The notes beneath the pieces are model-generated. The model worked only from the letters and a program-made list of their open reading frames with translations, searched no databases and was not told where the DNA came from. The translations under genes were made by a program, and so were the position numbers. A stretch of DNA of 64,000 nucleotides from NCBI GenBank assembly GCA_035492595.1, contig DATJJA010000127.1, positions 32,838 through 96,837 on the forward strand. The letters run 5' to 3'. This DNA comes from Puia sp. (GTDB taxonomy: Bacteria; Bacteroidota; Bacteroidia; Chitinophagales; Chitinophagaceae). Numbering within the stretch: the stretch's first letter is position 1; each line of letters begins with the position of its first letter. This document shows, one piece after another, positions 18,151 through 28,900 of the stretch.

Positions 18151-19029
18151 TTGAAGAAAGCATTCATCCAGCTTCACATTGCTGTCCTATTAGCTGGTCT
18201 TACCGGTGTATTGGGTAAGCTGATCTCCCTTAATGAAGGTTTATTGGTTTGGTACAGATTATTGCTGACGGCGCCTTCGCTGTGGCTGCTTGCATTATTG
18301 CGCAAACAGGATGTGCGGATCGGCAGGCGGGATGTCTGGCGGATTTTTGGAATAGGAGGCATCGCTGCCCTTCACTGGGTCGCTTTTTATGGCAGCATAA
18401 AGTATTCCAATGTTTCTGTGAGCCTGTTGTGCTTTTCGGCGATAGGTTTTTTTACAGCTATCATCGAACCCCTGATCCTGCGTCACCGGGTGGATGTGGT
18501 AGAGCTCATGTTGGGATTGCTGGTCATTGTAGGGATATTCTTTATTTTCCAGGTCGATCCTCATTTTAAGACAGGTATTATTATCGGATTGGTGTCCGCT
18601 TTGCTGGGCAGTCTTTTCCCGGTGTTGAACAAGCGTATTTTGCTGCGGGTGTCTCCCGAGAACGTTACGCTGTATGAGCTGAGCGGTGGGTTTTTAGTAC
18701 TGACAGCACTGATGCCTTTGTATCTCTGGCTTTTTCCTGCGCCTTCCTTATTACCGGGCTGGCAGGACCTGGGCTGGCTGCTTATCCTCGCCTGGGCTTG
18801 TACGGTGCTGGCGTTCAATCTCTCCATGAGCGCACTGCAGAAGATATCTGCGTTTACTGTGAATCTCAGCTATAACCTGGAGCCTGTTTATGGAATTTTA
18901 CTGGCTTTTCTGTTGTTCCGGGAAGACAAATATCTTAGTGGTGGATTTTATGTCGGGTTCTTTTTAATTTTACTTTCCATTGTGCTGCAGACGGTGAGGT
19001 TGAGAAGGAGACACCTTAAGGCCGCGTAG
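18151..19029 (+). CDS. DMT/EamA family transporter
   Basis: About ten TM helices; HWVAFYGSIK; NLEPVYGI. Confidence 0.88.
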   Translation: MKKAFIQLHIAVLLAGLTGVLGKLISLNEGLLVWYRLLLTAPSLWLLALLRKQDVRIGRRDVWRIFGIGGIAALHWVAFYGSIKYSNVSVSLLCFSAIGFFTAIIEPLILRHRVDVVELMLGLLVIVGIFFIFQVDPHFKTGIIIGLVSALLGSLFPVLNKRILLRVSPENVTLYELSGGFLVLTALMPLYLWLFPAPSLLPGWQDLGWLLILAWACTVLAFNLSMSALQKISAFTVNLSYNLEPVYGILLAFLLFREDKYLSGGFYVGFFLILLSIVLQTVRLRRRHLKAA

Positions 19030-19077
19030 ACTGCACGGCTGCGCAAACTTGCCTGATCACGTATTAAAACCTGCGTA

Positions 19078-20208
19078 ATGCGTATTACTCTTTTTATCTT
19101 ATTGGGGTTGCTGTTAGGCCGGGAAGCTTCGGCGCAACGGCATTATGTCTGTTATTATACTCCGGAGCGGCTGAAGATTGACGGGATGGGGAATGAGGCG
19201 GCATGGCAGAAGGCCGCATGGACGGAAGATTATACGGACATTGAAGGGGACATCAGGCCGCGGCCGACCAAACGGACCGGAGGGTCGTTGGCTGAAAGCC
19301 CGACATTAACGGATTCGGGGCGAGGGGATACTTTTGGACCTGAACCCCTCGCCCCGAAATTTCGTACAAGGACGAAACTGTTATGGGATAGGGAGAACCT
19401 GTATATCTACACCGAGCTGGAAGAACCCGATCTTTGGGGCGAGCTGCTCAAGCACGATACTGTCATTTATCATGATAACGATTTTGAGGTCTTTATAGAC
19501 CCTGACAACGACATGCGCAATTATTTTGAACTGGAAATAAACGCGCTGGGGACAGTAATGGATCTCTTTTTGGGGAAGCCTTACCGTGACGGCGGGCATG
19601 CCTTGCTGGGATGGGATACGCAGGGGTTACGTTCTGCTGTGCATATATCGGGAACGATAAACCGGCCGGGGGATACTGACAAGGGCTGGTCCGCAGAGAT
19701 GGCCATTCCGCTTGCCAGCCTGCGGCTTTGGAACGAGCGGGCGATGGGCGACAGTTCGCTTGTCCGGATCAATTTTTCGCGGGTAGAGTGGGATAAGGAT
19801 GTTGTCGGGGGGAAGTATGTGGTGCGAACAAATCCATCGACCGGACGGAGATTACCCGAACACAACTGGGTATGGTCACCACAGGGCATCATTGCCATGC
19901 ATGCGCCGGAGAAGTGGGGTTATTTGTTGTTGAGTGCGCGACCGGTGGGGACTGACACGGTGGCTTTTGTGCTGCCGGCGCAGGAAAAGGCAAGGTCTTT
20001 TTTGTGGGAAGTATATTATCAGCAACAAAAATATCGCTCGGAGCATGGGGCTTATGCCACCGACCTTGGCGCCCTGGGCTTGTCCTCACGGGGAGGCGCA
20101 CTCGAGCTTATAGGGACGAGCCTGCAATATACAGCGTTGTTAAAATGGGATGGGGTCGGGGGGAAACTGACGATCGATCAGGAGGGAAGAGTCGCGAACT
20201 TAAAATGA
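19078..20208 (+). CDS. Carbohydrate-binding family 9-like (DOMON) secreted protein with a 30-aa insertion
   Basis: KIDG...W; DNDFEVFIDPD; YFELEINALG; NWVWSPQG..MHAPEKWG. Confidence 0.8.
   Translation: MRITLFILLGLLLGREASAQRHYVCYYTPERLKIDGMGNEAAWQKAAWTEDYTDIEGDIRPRPTKRTGGSLAESPTLTDSGRGDTFGPEPLAPKFRTRTKLLWDRENLYIYTELEEPDLWGELLKHDTVIYHDNDFEVFIDPDNDMRNYFELEINALGTVMDLFLGKPYRDGGHALLGWDTQGLRSAVHISGTINRPGDTDKGWSAEMAIPLASLRLWNERAMGDSSLVRINFSRVEWDKDVVGGKYVVRTNPSTGRRLPEHNWVWSPQGIIAMHAPEKWGYLLLSARPVGTDTVAFVLPAQEKARSFLWEVYYQQQKYRSEHGAYATDLGALGLSSRGGALELIGTSLQYTALLKWDGVGGKLTIDQEGRVANLK
19268..19357 (+). repeat. 90-bp in-frame palindromic insertion bounded by CCGA repeats
   Basis: gacc-gga-gggtc, ggct-gaa-agcc, gacatt, then 14-bp perfect stem ttcggggcgagggg/cccctcgccccgaa. 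Confidence 0.75.
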
Positions 20209-20374
20209 TCCTTTGTTGGGACTAATCCTTCCGGAATTGGGAAAATAAATATTTTTCTTTTCTTCCGAACTTTCAAGGTTACAATCGGTTATAAGCTGGC
20301 ACCTGTTTGGGTAACTGGACGGCGAGGAAGAGAAATGAAGAGTACGTATTTTCGACCCTGAAAACTATTAACAC

Positions 20375-21019
20375 ATGCGACAAGTAGAACTACGAGTATT
20401 ATTACTTAGGGGGCTTGTTATAAGCTTTTCGTTTCTATTTTTCCTGCCTTTTTCGACCAGTTCTGAAACCTTTAAGAACGTTGACGCTCAGTCGTCGAAT
20501 AAGATGTACCTGGACAAACGTGCCAGGGAGTTCGTTAAAAATTACATCGAGTATAACCGCGAAAAATTATTGGACATCAAACAGAGAAGTCATCGGCCTT
20601 TTGCCATTGCCGATTCTGTCTTCAATCAGTATAGTCTGCCGGTACAGCTGAAATATCTTGCGGTGATCGAATCCGAGCTGAATGTAAATGCGGTCTCGAA
20701 GGTTGGTGCTGTCGGCGCCTGGCAGCTGATGCCAAAGACTGCGCAATTGCTGGGGCTAAGAATTACGGATGAATGTGATGAGCGTACGCGTTTTGATAAA
20801 AGCACCAGGGCGGCCGCGATGTATCTAAAGGACCTCTATTCCGAGTTTGGGGACTGGTTGCTGGTGCTGGCGGCTTATAATGCCGGGCCTGGATCAGTGC
20901 ATCGTGCGATGCGCCTGGCGGGAAGCCGAAATTTCTGGGACCTCCAATATTATCTTCCTATGGAGAGCAGACTGCACGTAAAAAAGTTTGTTGCCTCCCT
21001 GTACTATTTTGAAGGATAA
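20375..21019 (+). CDS. Lytic transglycosylase (MltD-like SLT domain, no LysM)
   Basis: LKYLAVIES; GAVGAWQLMP; DERT; LAAYNAG. Confidence 0.88.
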   Translation: MRQVELRVLLLRGLVISFSFLFFLPFSTSSETFKNVDAQSSNKMYLDKRAREFVKNYIEYNREKLLDIKQRSHRPFAIADSVFNQYSLPVQLKYLAVIESELNVNAVSKVGAVGAWQLMPKTAQLLGLRITDECDERTRFDKSTRAAAMYLKDLYSEFGDWLLVLAAYNAGPGSVHRAMRLAGSRNFWDLQYYLPMESRLHVKKFVASLYYFEG

Positions 21020-21088
21020 GAGTCTTTTGCGGGCCTGTGGGTTGCCTGTCCGGCGGTTTTGGGTGCTATTGGGTCGCCTGGCAGCTCA

Positions 21089-21808
21089 TCAGGCCGCTTT
21101 GCTGCTGATGTAGCGCACAAGGCTTCTTTTGGCGATGGGCAGCAGGGTCTCTTCCATGGGGAATTTTAATTCGGTTTCGATGGAATAGACAGCGGGGTTT
21201 GGCAGGCCGCTCTTTATGCGAATCAGCTCCGATTTGATGTTCTCATATGTATTCACGATGTTCCGGGACCAGCTGTCGATATATTCGGTGCGGATGCTGC
21301 GGTATTTCTCATCGTGTTTTTCAAAAATGGAGAGTCTGTATTGATAGACGCGGGTATCGGAGTAATTACCTGAGCTGAGGAAGAAATACCCTTCATGGCT
21401 GTCCAGGGGGACGAGACCTACGGGGAAGATGACGAGTTTTTCTTCTACAAATTCATAAATTTCTGTGCCGCTGCTGATAGTCTGGCGGATCTCCTGTGTC
21501 GCATAGTTGATGATCTCTTCGAGTTCCTGCATCAATTCGTCGTCTTCGATGAGCTGTTCGTAAAGGACCTGTAATCTTTCTATTTGTATACCGGTGAGCT
21601 TTTTGGGGAACTGTTCCTGCAGGTATTTTTTGTTTTCCCGGAAGGCAGCCAGGTTATTGTAATGGAAGATGATATCTGCCAGTTGGGGGTACAGCTTGTT
21701 TTCGTTGAAATACCGGCTTATCTCCTGCAGATAGGCGAGAAGGGTATATTTTTTCAATTCGAAGTCAATGTAACCGTCGGCGAACCAGGTTTCGGATAGT
21801 GCTTTCAT
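21089..21808 (-). CDS. Hypothetical protein
   Basis: Clean 239-aa ORF; WF..YIDFELKKYTLLAYLQ; ETLLPIAKR. Confidence 0.75.
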   Translation of the reverse strand: MKALSETWFADGYIDFELKKYTLLAYLQEISRYFNENKLYPQLADIIFHYNNLAAFRENKKYLQEQFPKKLTGIQIERLQVLYEQLIEDDELMQELEEIINYATQEIRQTISSGTEIYEFVEEKLVIFPVGLVPLDSHEGYFFLSSGNYSDTRVYQYRLSIFEKHDEKYRSIRTEYIDSWSRNIVNTYENIKSELIRIKSGLPNPAVYSIETELKFPMEETLLPIAKRSLVRYISSKAA

Positions 21809-21856
21809 GTGGATCTTCTTTGCTAATAGATCAATTTACGAAAATCCACGCAGAAA

Positions 21857-22087
21857 TGCAAGGCCCAGACCGACCGGAGGGAGGTCCGCGGAGCAAAGCG
21901 GAGCAGACATTCCCGAGCGCAGCGAAGGGAACGAATGTTCTCGAGCAAAGCGAAGAGAATGAACGAGAAAAGGCAAGGGACGAAGCCTTTTCGAAGTTCT
22001 AAGCGAGGGACGAAGCCTTGACGAAGTTCTCCCGGTTAGGCTTCGCAAAGCGGAGCCGCAGCGGAGAAAGGGGTAAAGCCGTCTGCA
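21857..22087 (+). repeat. About 230-bp multi-hairpin structured intergenic element
   Basis: Repeated gc-aaa-gc, gc-gca-gc and cc-gga-gg mini-hairpins; cagacatt; two near-copies of agggacgaagcctt..cgaagttct. Confidence 0.75.
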
Positions 22088-22088
22088 C

Positions 22089-23495
22089 CTAAAATTCCCT
22101 CTCAGGCGAAAAATTTTCCAATTCGCGGGCTACGGCGGAGCAGAAGGTTGCACCGAGACTGCCGTCTATGATGCGGTGGTCGTAGGATAACGACAGATAC
22201 ATCATGTGACGGATAACGATAGCATCGCCTTCGGGGGTTTCCAATACCATGGGCCTTTTCTTTATAGCGCCAACGGCAAGGATGGCTACCTGCGGCTGGT
22301 TGATGATGGGGGTGCCCATTAGGCTGCCGAAGGTGCCGACATTGGTCAGGGTAAAGGTACCTCCCTGGGTGTCTTCGGGCCGCAGCTTGTTCTGGCGGGC
22401 ATTGTCGGCGAGAGTGTTTACCTGCCGGGCGAGACCGGTGAGGTTGAGCTGGTCGGCATTACGGATGACCGGTACGATGAGGTTACCGGAAGGCAGCGCT
22501 GTGGCCATGCCGATATTGATGTCTTTTTTTACGATGATCCTGTCGCCATCAAGGGAGCTGTTGATAAGCGGGTACTTTTTGATACACCGGATAACTGCTT
22601 CGATGAACAGAGGGGTAAAGGTGAGTTTTGTATTTTCTCTTTTTTCGAATTCCTTTTTCACCTTGTCACGCCAGTGCACCAGGTGTGTTACGTCGGCTTC
22701 AGAGATGCTGGTGACGTGAGGGCTGGTATGAACGCTGCGGACCATGTGGTCAGCGATGAGGCGGCGCATCCTGTCCATTTCTATGATCTCCACGTTGCTG
22801 CCATAGGAGCTGATGGCTGGCTGGGAAACGGGTGCCTCAGCTATGACACGGGCAGGGGTGGTCTGGGCCGGGTATGCAGATGGGATGGTCTCCGATCTGG
22901 CGGCGCCCATGCCTGTTGGGGCTATGATACTTGTTGGAGTATTAGCGCCGGACCTTTTGTTCTCTATATATTGAAGAATGTCTTTTTTTGTGACGCGGCC
23001 TTCGTTGCCGGAGCCGGGTATGGACTCCAGCTCGCTGAGGGGGACGCCTTCATTGGCGGCAATATTGAGGACCAGGGGGGAGTAGAAGCGGGGGCCTGCG
23101 CTGGCTCCGTTGGAGGAGGGCGCATAGTTCGCTGCCAGGCTGGTTGCGGCGGGTTGTGTGTAGGCTGGTTGTACGACTTGTGCAGTCTGGGCTTGTGCTG
23201 CCGGAGCTGTTGGTTCAACAGAGGAAAGGGAGCTGGCGGTCTGGGTCCCGGCGCCGTTTGTGCGTATCCTGGCGATGACCGAGCCGATGGGAACCACATC
23301 ATTCACCTGGAAGAGTATTTCCTCCAAAACGCCCGCAGTCACGGAAGGGACCTCACTGTCTACCTTGTCGGTTGCGATCTCCAGCACGGTCTCATCCTGC
23401 TTGACGGCATCACCGGGTAACTTGTTCCACTTCAGGATCGTTGCTTCCATGATACTCTCACCCATTTTTGGCATTACCAGGTCGACAAGAGACAT
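22089..23495 (-). CDS. 2-oxo acid dehydrogenase E2 dihydrolipoamide acyltransferase
   Basis: Lipoyl motif EIATDKVDSEV; E3-binding GSGNEGRVTKKD; catalytic SYDHRIIDG. Confidence 0.93.
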   Translation of the reverse strand: MSLVDLVMPKMGESIMEATILKWNKLPGDAVKQDETVLEIATDKVDSEVPSVTAGVLEEILFQVNDVVPIGSVIARIRTNGAGTQTASSLSSVEPTAPAAQAQTAQVVQPAYTQPAATSLAANYAPSSNGASAGPRFYSPLVLNIAANEGVPLSELESIPGSGNEGRVTKKDILQYIENKRSGANTPTSIIAPTGMGAARSETIPSAYPAQTTPARVIAEAPVSQPAISSYGSNVEIIEMDRMRRLIADHMVRSVHTSPHVTSISEADVTHLVHWRDKVKKEFEKRENTKLTFTPLFIEAVIRCIKKYPLINSSLDGDRIIVKKDINIGMATALPSGNLIVPVIRNADQLNLTGLARQVNTLADNARQNKLRPEDTQGGTFTLTNVGTFGSLMGTPIINQPQVAILAVGAIKKRPMVLETPEGDAIVIRHMMYLSLSYDHRIIDGSLGATFCSAVARELENFSPEREF

Positions 23496-23625
23496 AACGT
23501 TAGTTGAATTTTAGATGGACAATACGGCCCCGGATCCGGGGAAGTCGTTTAGCGCCGCGCCAAAGGTAATTAATTCACCTGAATCCGCGCCAAACGGGTG
23601 AGTTAGTTGGGACGGCATGGATAGA

Positions 23626-24879
23626 TCAGTCTGCTGACAGGATGAATTTTCTCAACAGATTTAATGCATTTGTTGCTGCTAATTCAATATTCCGCTGTCT
23701 ATCGAAACGGAATGCGAATTTTTGGGTAATAATTTTTTGATGGTTTCCAACTGCCACCCAGACGGTGCCAACCGGTTTTTCGGGGCTTCCGCCGCCTGGT
23801 CCCATGATACCGGAGGTGGCGATGACGAAATCGGTATCCAGCAGCTGGAGGGCGCCTTTGACCATTTCCTCTACGGTAGGTTCGCTGACGGCCCCGTTGG
23901 CGGAAAGGGTTTCGGGGCTGACATGGAGGACCTTTTTCTTGACCTCGTTGTCATAGCTTACCACGCTGCCCTTGTAATAATTGCTTGAGCCGGGTATTGT
24001 CGTTATAAGATGCGCAATGTGACCACCTGTGCAGCTTTCTGCCGTGCCGAGCGTTTTGCCGCGTGTTTTCAGCATTCGTCCTATGGCTTCCTGCAGAGAT
24101 ATGTCCTCGTCGGTGGCCATCCACTCCGAGACAAGTCCTTTGAGGGTATCGAATTGCTGCTGGAGCAGCGCTTCGAGCGCTACCGGGTCTTCGCCGTGGA
24201 TGGTGAGCCGGAGCCGGACCATGCCATAGTTGGGCAGGTAGGCCAGTTTGATGGATGGGGGCAGGGCTTGTTCGAATGCGGCGATGTGATCTGCCAAAAA
24301 GGATTCGCCGATGCCTGCTGTAAGAAGGGTCCGATGGGCGATGAAGGGCAGCTTGAAGTGCTTCTTCAGCGCAGGAATGACCGAGTCGGTCATCATGCCT
24401 TTCATTTCATGCGGTACACCCGGCATGGAGACGAAGATCCGGCCTCCCTTTTCGAACCACATGCCCGGGGCAGTGCCTCTTTGGTTGGGGATAACGGTGC
24501 AGTTGTCCGGCACTTCCGCCTGTTGGAGGTTGCGTGCGATCATGGGACGCTGGAGCTTTTCGAAGATCTTCTTTACGTTGTCGAGGGCTTCGGGGCTGAC
24601 AACCATTTTACCTCCGAAATAGTCGCAGAGCAGGGGCTTGGTGATATCATCTGCGGTGGGGCCCAGGCCACCGGTGATGAGGATAATGGAAGCCCGCTTG
24701 AATTCTTCGTCCAGTGCCTGCCAGATATCTTCGCGGACGTCGCCTACGGCCAGGCGGTGACCGACCCAGATGCCGTTCTTATTTAATTCCTGTGCCATCC
24801 AGGCGCTGTTGGTGTCTATTACTTGTCCTATCAGCAACTCATCTCCAATGGTTATTATACCAGCAATGATCTTTTCCAT
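23626..24879 (-). CDS. cinA: CinA competence/damage-inducible protein (NMN deamidase fusion)
   Basis: IGDELLIGQVIDTNS; GGLGPTADD; AESCTGG; GAVS; KPVGTVW. Confidence 0.93.
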   Translation of the reverse strand: MEKIIAGIITIGDELLIGQVIDTNSAWMAQELNKNGIWVGHRLAVGDVREDIWQALDEEFKRASIILITGGLGPTADDITKPLLCDYFGGKMVVSPEALDNVKKIFEKLQRPMIARNLQQAEVPDNCTVIPNQRGTAPGMWFEKGGRIFVSMPGVPHEMKGMMTDSVIPALKKHFKLPFIAHRTLLTAGIGESFLADHIAAFEQALPPSIKLAYLPNYGMVRLRLTIHGEDPVALEALLQQQFDTLKGLVSEWMATDEDISLQEAIGRMLKTRGKTLGTAESCTGGHIAHLITTIPGSSNYYKGSVVSYDNEVKKKVLHVSPETLSANGAVSEPTVEEMVKGALQLLDTDFVIATSGIMGPGGGSPEKPVGTVWVAVGNHQKIITQKFAFRFDRQRNIELAATNALNLLRKFILSAD

Positions 24880-24915
24880 CCAGTAAAGTTAAGCACCGTG
24901 ATCGAATGTTGACGC

Positions 24916-25326
24916 TTAGCCGAAAAAAGGTTGTAGCCTGTCTGCCATTTCCGTTGGCATCCGGGTCTTTTCCATGGTTGCCGACCTCAGAAAATACAGG
25001 AGTACGTCTCCGACGGTAAGCAGCTTTCCTTCTTCGTTAAAGACCTCCTGATGAAAACGGATACGGTGATCGGCGGGCCATTCGCGAAGGGTGGTGCGGA
25101 TGGTCAGCAGGTCGTCGTAGCGGGCCGGGCGAAGGTATTTGACATTCATTTCGACTACGGGCATGATGATGCCTGTCGACTCCAGGTCTTTATAGCTGAA
25201 GCCCAGCTGGCGGATGGATTCTACACGTCCTACCTCAAAGTATTGGGCATAGTTGCCATAATAAACGACGTTCATCTGGTCTGTCTCCGCGTACCGGACG
25301 CGGATGGTTGTTTCGCTGCTATACAT
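24916..25326 (-). CDS. YbgC/FadM family acyl-CoA thioesterase
   Basis: RVRYAETDQMNVVYYGNYAQYFEVGR. Confidence 0.9.
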   Translation of the reverse strand: MYSSETTIRVRYAETDQMNVVYYGNYAQYFEVGRVESIRQLGFSYKDLESTGIIMPVVEMNVKYLRPARYDDLLTIRTTLREWPADHRIRFHQEVFNEEGKLLTVGDVLLYFLRSATMEKTRMPTEMADRLQPFFG

Positions 25327-25372
25327 CTTTTTATGAGTTGGGCACGTTTTTTATGGGTTGAACACCGGTTAT

Positions 25373-25783
25373 CTATTTTCCCATCATTCCATCGACGCTG
25401 ACCCTGCCGGGGCCGACCATCAGCACGGCGAAAAAGCCTGTCAGGTAAACCAGGTCGAGCTCGCGTGAACCGAGCGAAGAACCTTTATGAATAAGGAAGG
25501 AGATGACCGCAAATTCGATGACCAGGATGAGGGCGGCGATGCGGGTAAAGAGGCCGAGAGCCAGCAGGAGCGAGCAAAAGACCTCTGAGAAGATGGTGCA
25601 CACCAGCGTCCAGCGATGTCCGATGTGGAAGGGGTCGGAGAAGGTGTATTCCAGCTTGCTGAAGTGAAGGAGTTTTTCGAAGCCGTGGTTGACGCAAAGA
25701 AGAAGGCCAAAAGTCAGGCGCAGTACGAGGGAAGCCACGTTGAAGGCGGTCTCTGAATACTGGGTCGATAAGAATTTTTTCAT
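25373..25783 (-). CDS. DoxX family membrane protein
   Basis: LRLTFG..HGFEK; LGLFTRIA; GPGRVSVD. Confidence 0.88.
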   Translation of the reverse strand: MKKFLSTQYSETAFNVASLVLRLTFGLLLCVNHGFEKLLHFSKLEYTFSDPFHIGHRWTLVCTIFSEVFCSLLLALGLFTRIAALILVIEFAVISFLIHKGSSLGSRELDLVYLTGFFAVLMVGPGRVSVDGMMGK

Positions 25784-25843
25784 GTTAGATTGGAATTTGC
25801 GCCACAATATATGGCTTTTATAAGGAAATGTTAATGTACACAG

Positions 25844-25852
25844 TTATCCACA
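25844..25852 (+). promoter_or_regulatory. Consensus DnaA box
   Basis: TTATCCACA in the divergent intergenic region. Confidence 0.4.
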
Positions 25853-25963
25853 CCTGTTTGGAACGATGTTTGGTCAAAGGCAAAATAATTAGAAACTTAG
25901 TGCGTTGAAAACACCAATACCATCCATACAACCAGGGCGAGAATAAAAATCAAATTATTTCCA

Positions 25964-28900
25964 GTGAAGTATACTGTATTATTTTTCGTCATTCTCATCA
26001 GTTCTTCGTCATTTGCTCAGCAGACACGTTACTATGACGACCCGCAGGCCAGTTTCAGACAGGGGATAGAATTCTTCGAGCATGAGTATTATAGCCTGGC
26101 CTTCCCCATTTTCCGGGACCTGAAGTATTCCCTCCGGGAAACAGACAAAAGCAATAATGCCGTTGAGTACCAGGACGTAAAGTATTATTACCTGGTCTGT
26201 GCCCTCGCGCAGAACGATAAGACGGCTGTCACAGCGGCGCAGGATTATATCAACCTCGAGAACAATGCCCCGAGGGTAGGGATGATCAGCTTCCATCTGG
26301 CTGAATATTATTTCCGGCAAAGGGATTATACTGCCGCCCTCAAATCATATGAGCATGCAGACATCGACAATCTGAATAACAAGGATATCGCTGACATGAA
26401 ATTCCATCAGGGGTACTGTTATTTCACGAAAAAGCAGTTTGACAATGCTCTTCCGCTGTTCAACGCCATCCGGCAGCTGCCAAAGGACCCGAATTATATC
26501 GATGCGAACTACTATTATGGGTTCATTTGTTTTTACCAGAAGAAGTACAATGATGCGCTGGCCGCATTTAAGGTAGTGGAAGATAATCCCGCATATGAGA
26601 AAGTAGTTCCCTACTATGTGGCAAATATTTACCTCGTGCAGGGTGAGAAGGATAAAGCGATCGCCTATGCGGAGGCCCGGTTAAAAAAAGGGAACCAGTA
26701 TTATGATACGGAGCTGCGGCAGCTGGTAGGACATGGATACTATGAGAAGCAGGATTTTGCAAAGGCGCTGCCTTTTCTCGAGCAGTATGTTTCCCTATCG
26801 AAGAAGGTGACAAGAGAGGACCTTTATGAACTTTCCTATTGTTATTACCAGACAAAGAACTGGAATAAGGCCATAGATGGGTTCAAGCAGCTGGGTGGCA
26901 GTAAAGACTCCCTGGCTCAGAATTCCATGTATCTGCTGGGGGATGCATATTTGCGGACCGCTCAGAAAGCGAATGCCCGGAATGCTTTTCTCTTTTGTTC
27001 GATGAACAGCAGTAATGCCAGACAGAAGGAGATATCCAAGTTCAATTATGCCAAGCTCTCTTATGAGCTGGGTTACCAGGACGTGGCATTGACGGAGCTG
27101 CAGGGCTTTCTCCAGCAGTATCCCAATTCCGAGTATAGCAGGGAAGGGCGGGAGCTGTTGGTGAGTGTGCTGGCGGGGACCAATAATTACAGGGATGCCC
27201 TGACCCTTCTTGACAGTCTCGATCATCCCTCAGAGAATGCGCGTCGTCTTATTCCACGTATATTGTATGGACGAGCGACGGAGCTGGTCAATGACGGCCT
27301 GCTGCTGAACGCGAATGAATTGCTGGATAAGGCGCTGAAGGATCCCAACAATGGCAGCGTGCTGCCTTATGTTCAATTCTGGAAGGCGGAGATCGCTTAC
27401 CGGTTGAATAAGATCGATGATGCCATCCGCTATTATCTGGAATATCTGAAAAGCAGCAGTGTAAACGGGGAGGTTAATCCTCAGAATGCCCGTTACAATT
27501 TGGGATACTGTTTTCTAAAAAAGGAGAACTACCGGCAGGCGCAGGGATTTTTTGAGCAGGTGGTACGAACCCCTCAGCTGAATTCTTCTTCCATGGAGCA
27601 GGATGCCTATATCCGGGATGCGGATTGTTATTATATGAACAGGGACTACAAGACGGCATTGGCCATGTACAATAAGGTGCTGTCCTATTCCTGGCCGTCC
27701 AGCGACTATGCGACCTTTCAGAAGGCGATGATCGCGGGTGTCAGCAACGGGAAGGACAAGATCACGCTTCTGAATACGATAAACCGTCAGTATCCTGCCA
27801 GCAATCTGTCAGCCGATGTGAATATGGAGATCGCCGGGACTTACCTGGCGGGTGAGAACTACCGGGAGGCGCTGCCGTATCTGAAAAATGTGCTTAAGAG
27901 CCCCGGAGCCGATGCGCTGAAGCCGAAGGCTTATCTTCAGTCGGGTATTGCCTGGTACAATCTGAACAACAATAAGGAGGCGCTGAGCCAATACGATTCC
28001 CTGCTGCGCCAGTATCCTAATTCTCCTGAGGCACAGGATGGGCTGGACAATGCCAAGACGATCTATGTGGAAGAGGGACGCAGCGCTGAATACGTCAATT
28101 TTGCGAAAGGGATGGGGGTGGAAGTGAGTGCAAGCCAGGCCGATCAGCTGGCTTATGAGGAGGCGGAAGTACAATTCAACAATGGAAATTTCCCGGGGGC
28201 GATCCAGCGGTTTGAGGCCTACCTTGCCAAATTCCCTGACGGCAAGTACTCTCTCGAGGCCAATTACTATAAAAGCGAGATCTATTTCTCCCAGAAGGAT
28301 TGGGCGAAGGCGGTAGTTGGCTATGCAGCGGTTTCGGACCGTGTCCCAAATAAATTTGGCGAAAAGTCCCTGTTGCAGGCTGCGCGGCTGTATTTCTTCA
28401 ATCTGAAGGATTATGCCAATGCGGAAAAGTATTTTACAAAGCTCAAGGATTTTTCTGCTTCGCAGGAAAACAAAATGGAGGCTATGCGTGGTCTGCTGCG
28501 CAGCCAGTATCAATTGCAGAAATGGCCTGATGCTGTTGCCAATGCAAAGGATCTGCTTACACAAAAAGGATTGAGCGTGGACGATAGGGTACTGGCCAAT
28601 ATGGCTATCGCCAAATCTTATCAATCGGCGGGCCAGTGCGAGACCGCACTGCAATATTTCAGGATAGCGGCTCCGCTTACCAAGTCGGCCTATGCGGCTG
28701 AGGCCCGATACCAGATAGCCGATTGTCTTTTCCACCAGAATCAGTTGAAAGATGCCGAGAAAGCTGCCTTCGAGGTGATCAACAAGTCCGGCTCGTACGA
28801 GGAATGGGTTACCCGGGCTTATTTGCTGCTAGGTGATGTTTATTTTGCCGAGAAAGACTTTTTCAATGCCAAAGCCACTTTCCAGAGCATCGTAGAGAAT

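Noticed and set aside
21799-22048. Short ORFs on both strands over the structured repeat
   Set aside because: Translations mirror the repeat motifs and have no credible start context
25810-25960. Replication origin
   Set aside because: Only one consensus DnaA box in a short intergenic region, and the G-rich skew looks the same on both sides
27809-28735. 308-aa - strand ORF, and similar ORFs opposite smc, cinA, E2 and fecR
   Set aside because: Antisense to well-supported genes; explained by codon bias
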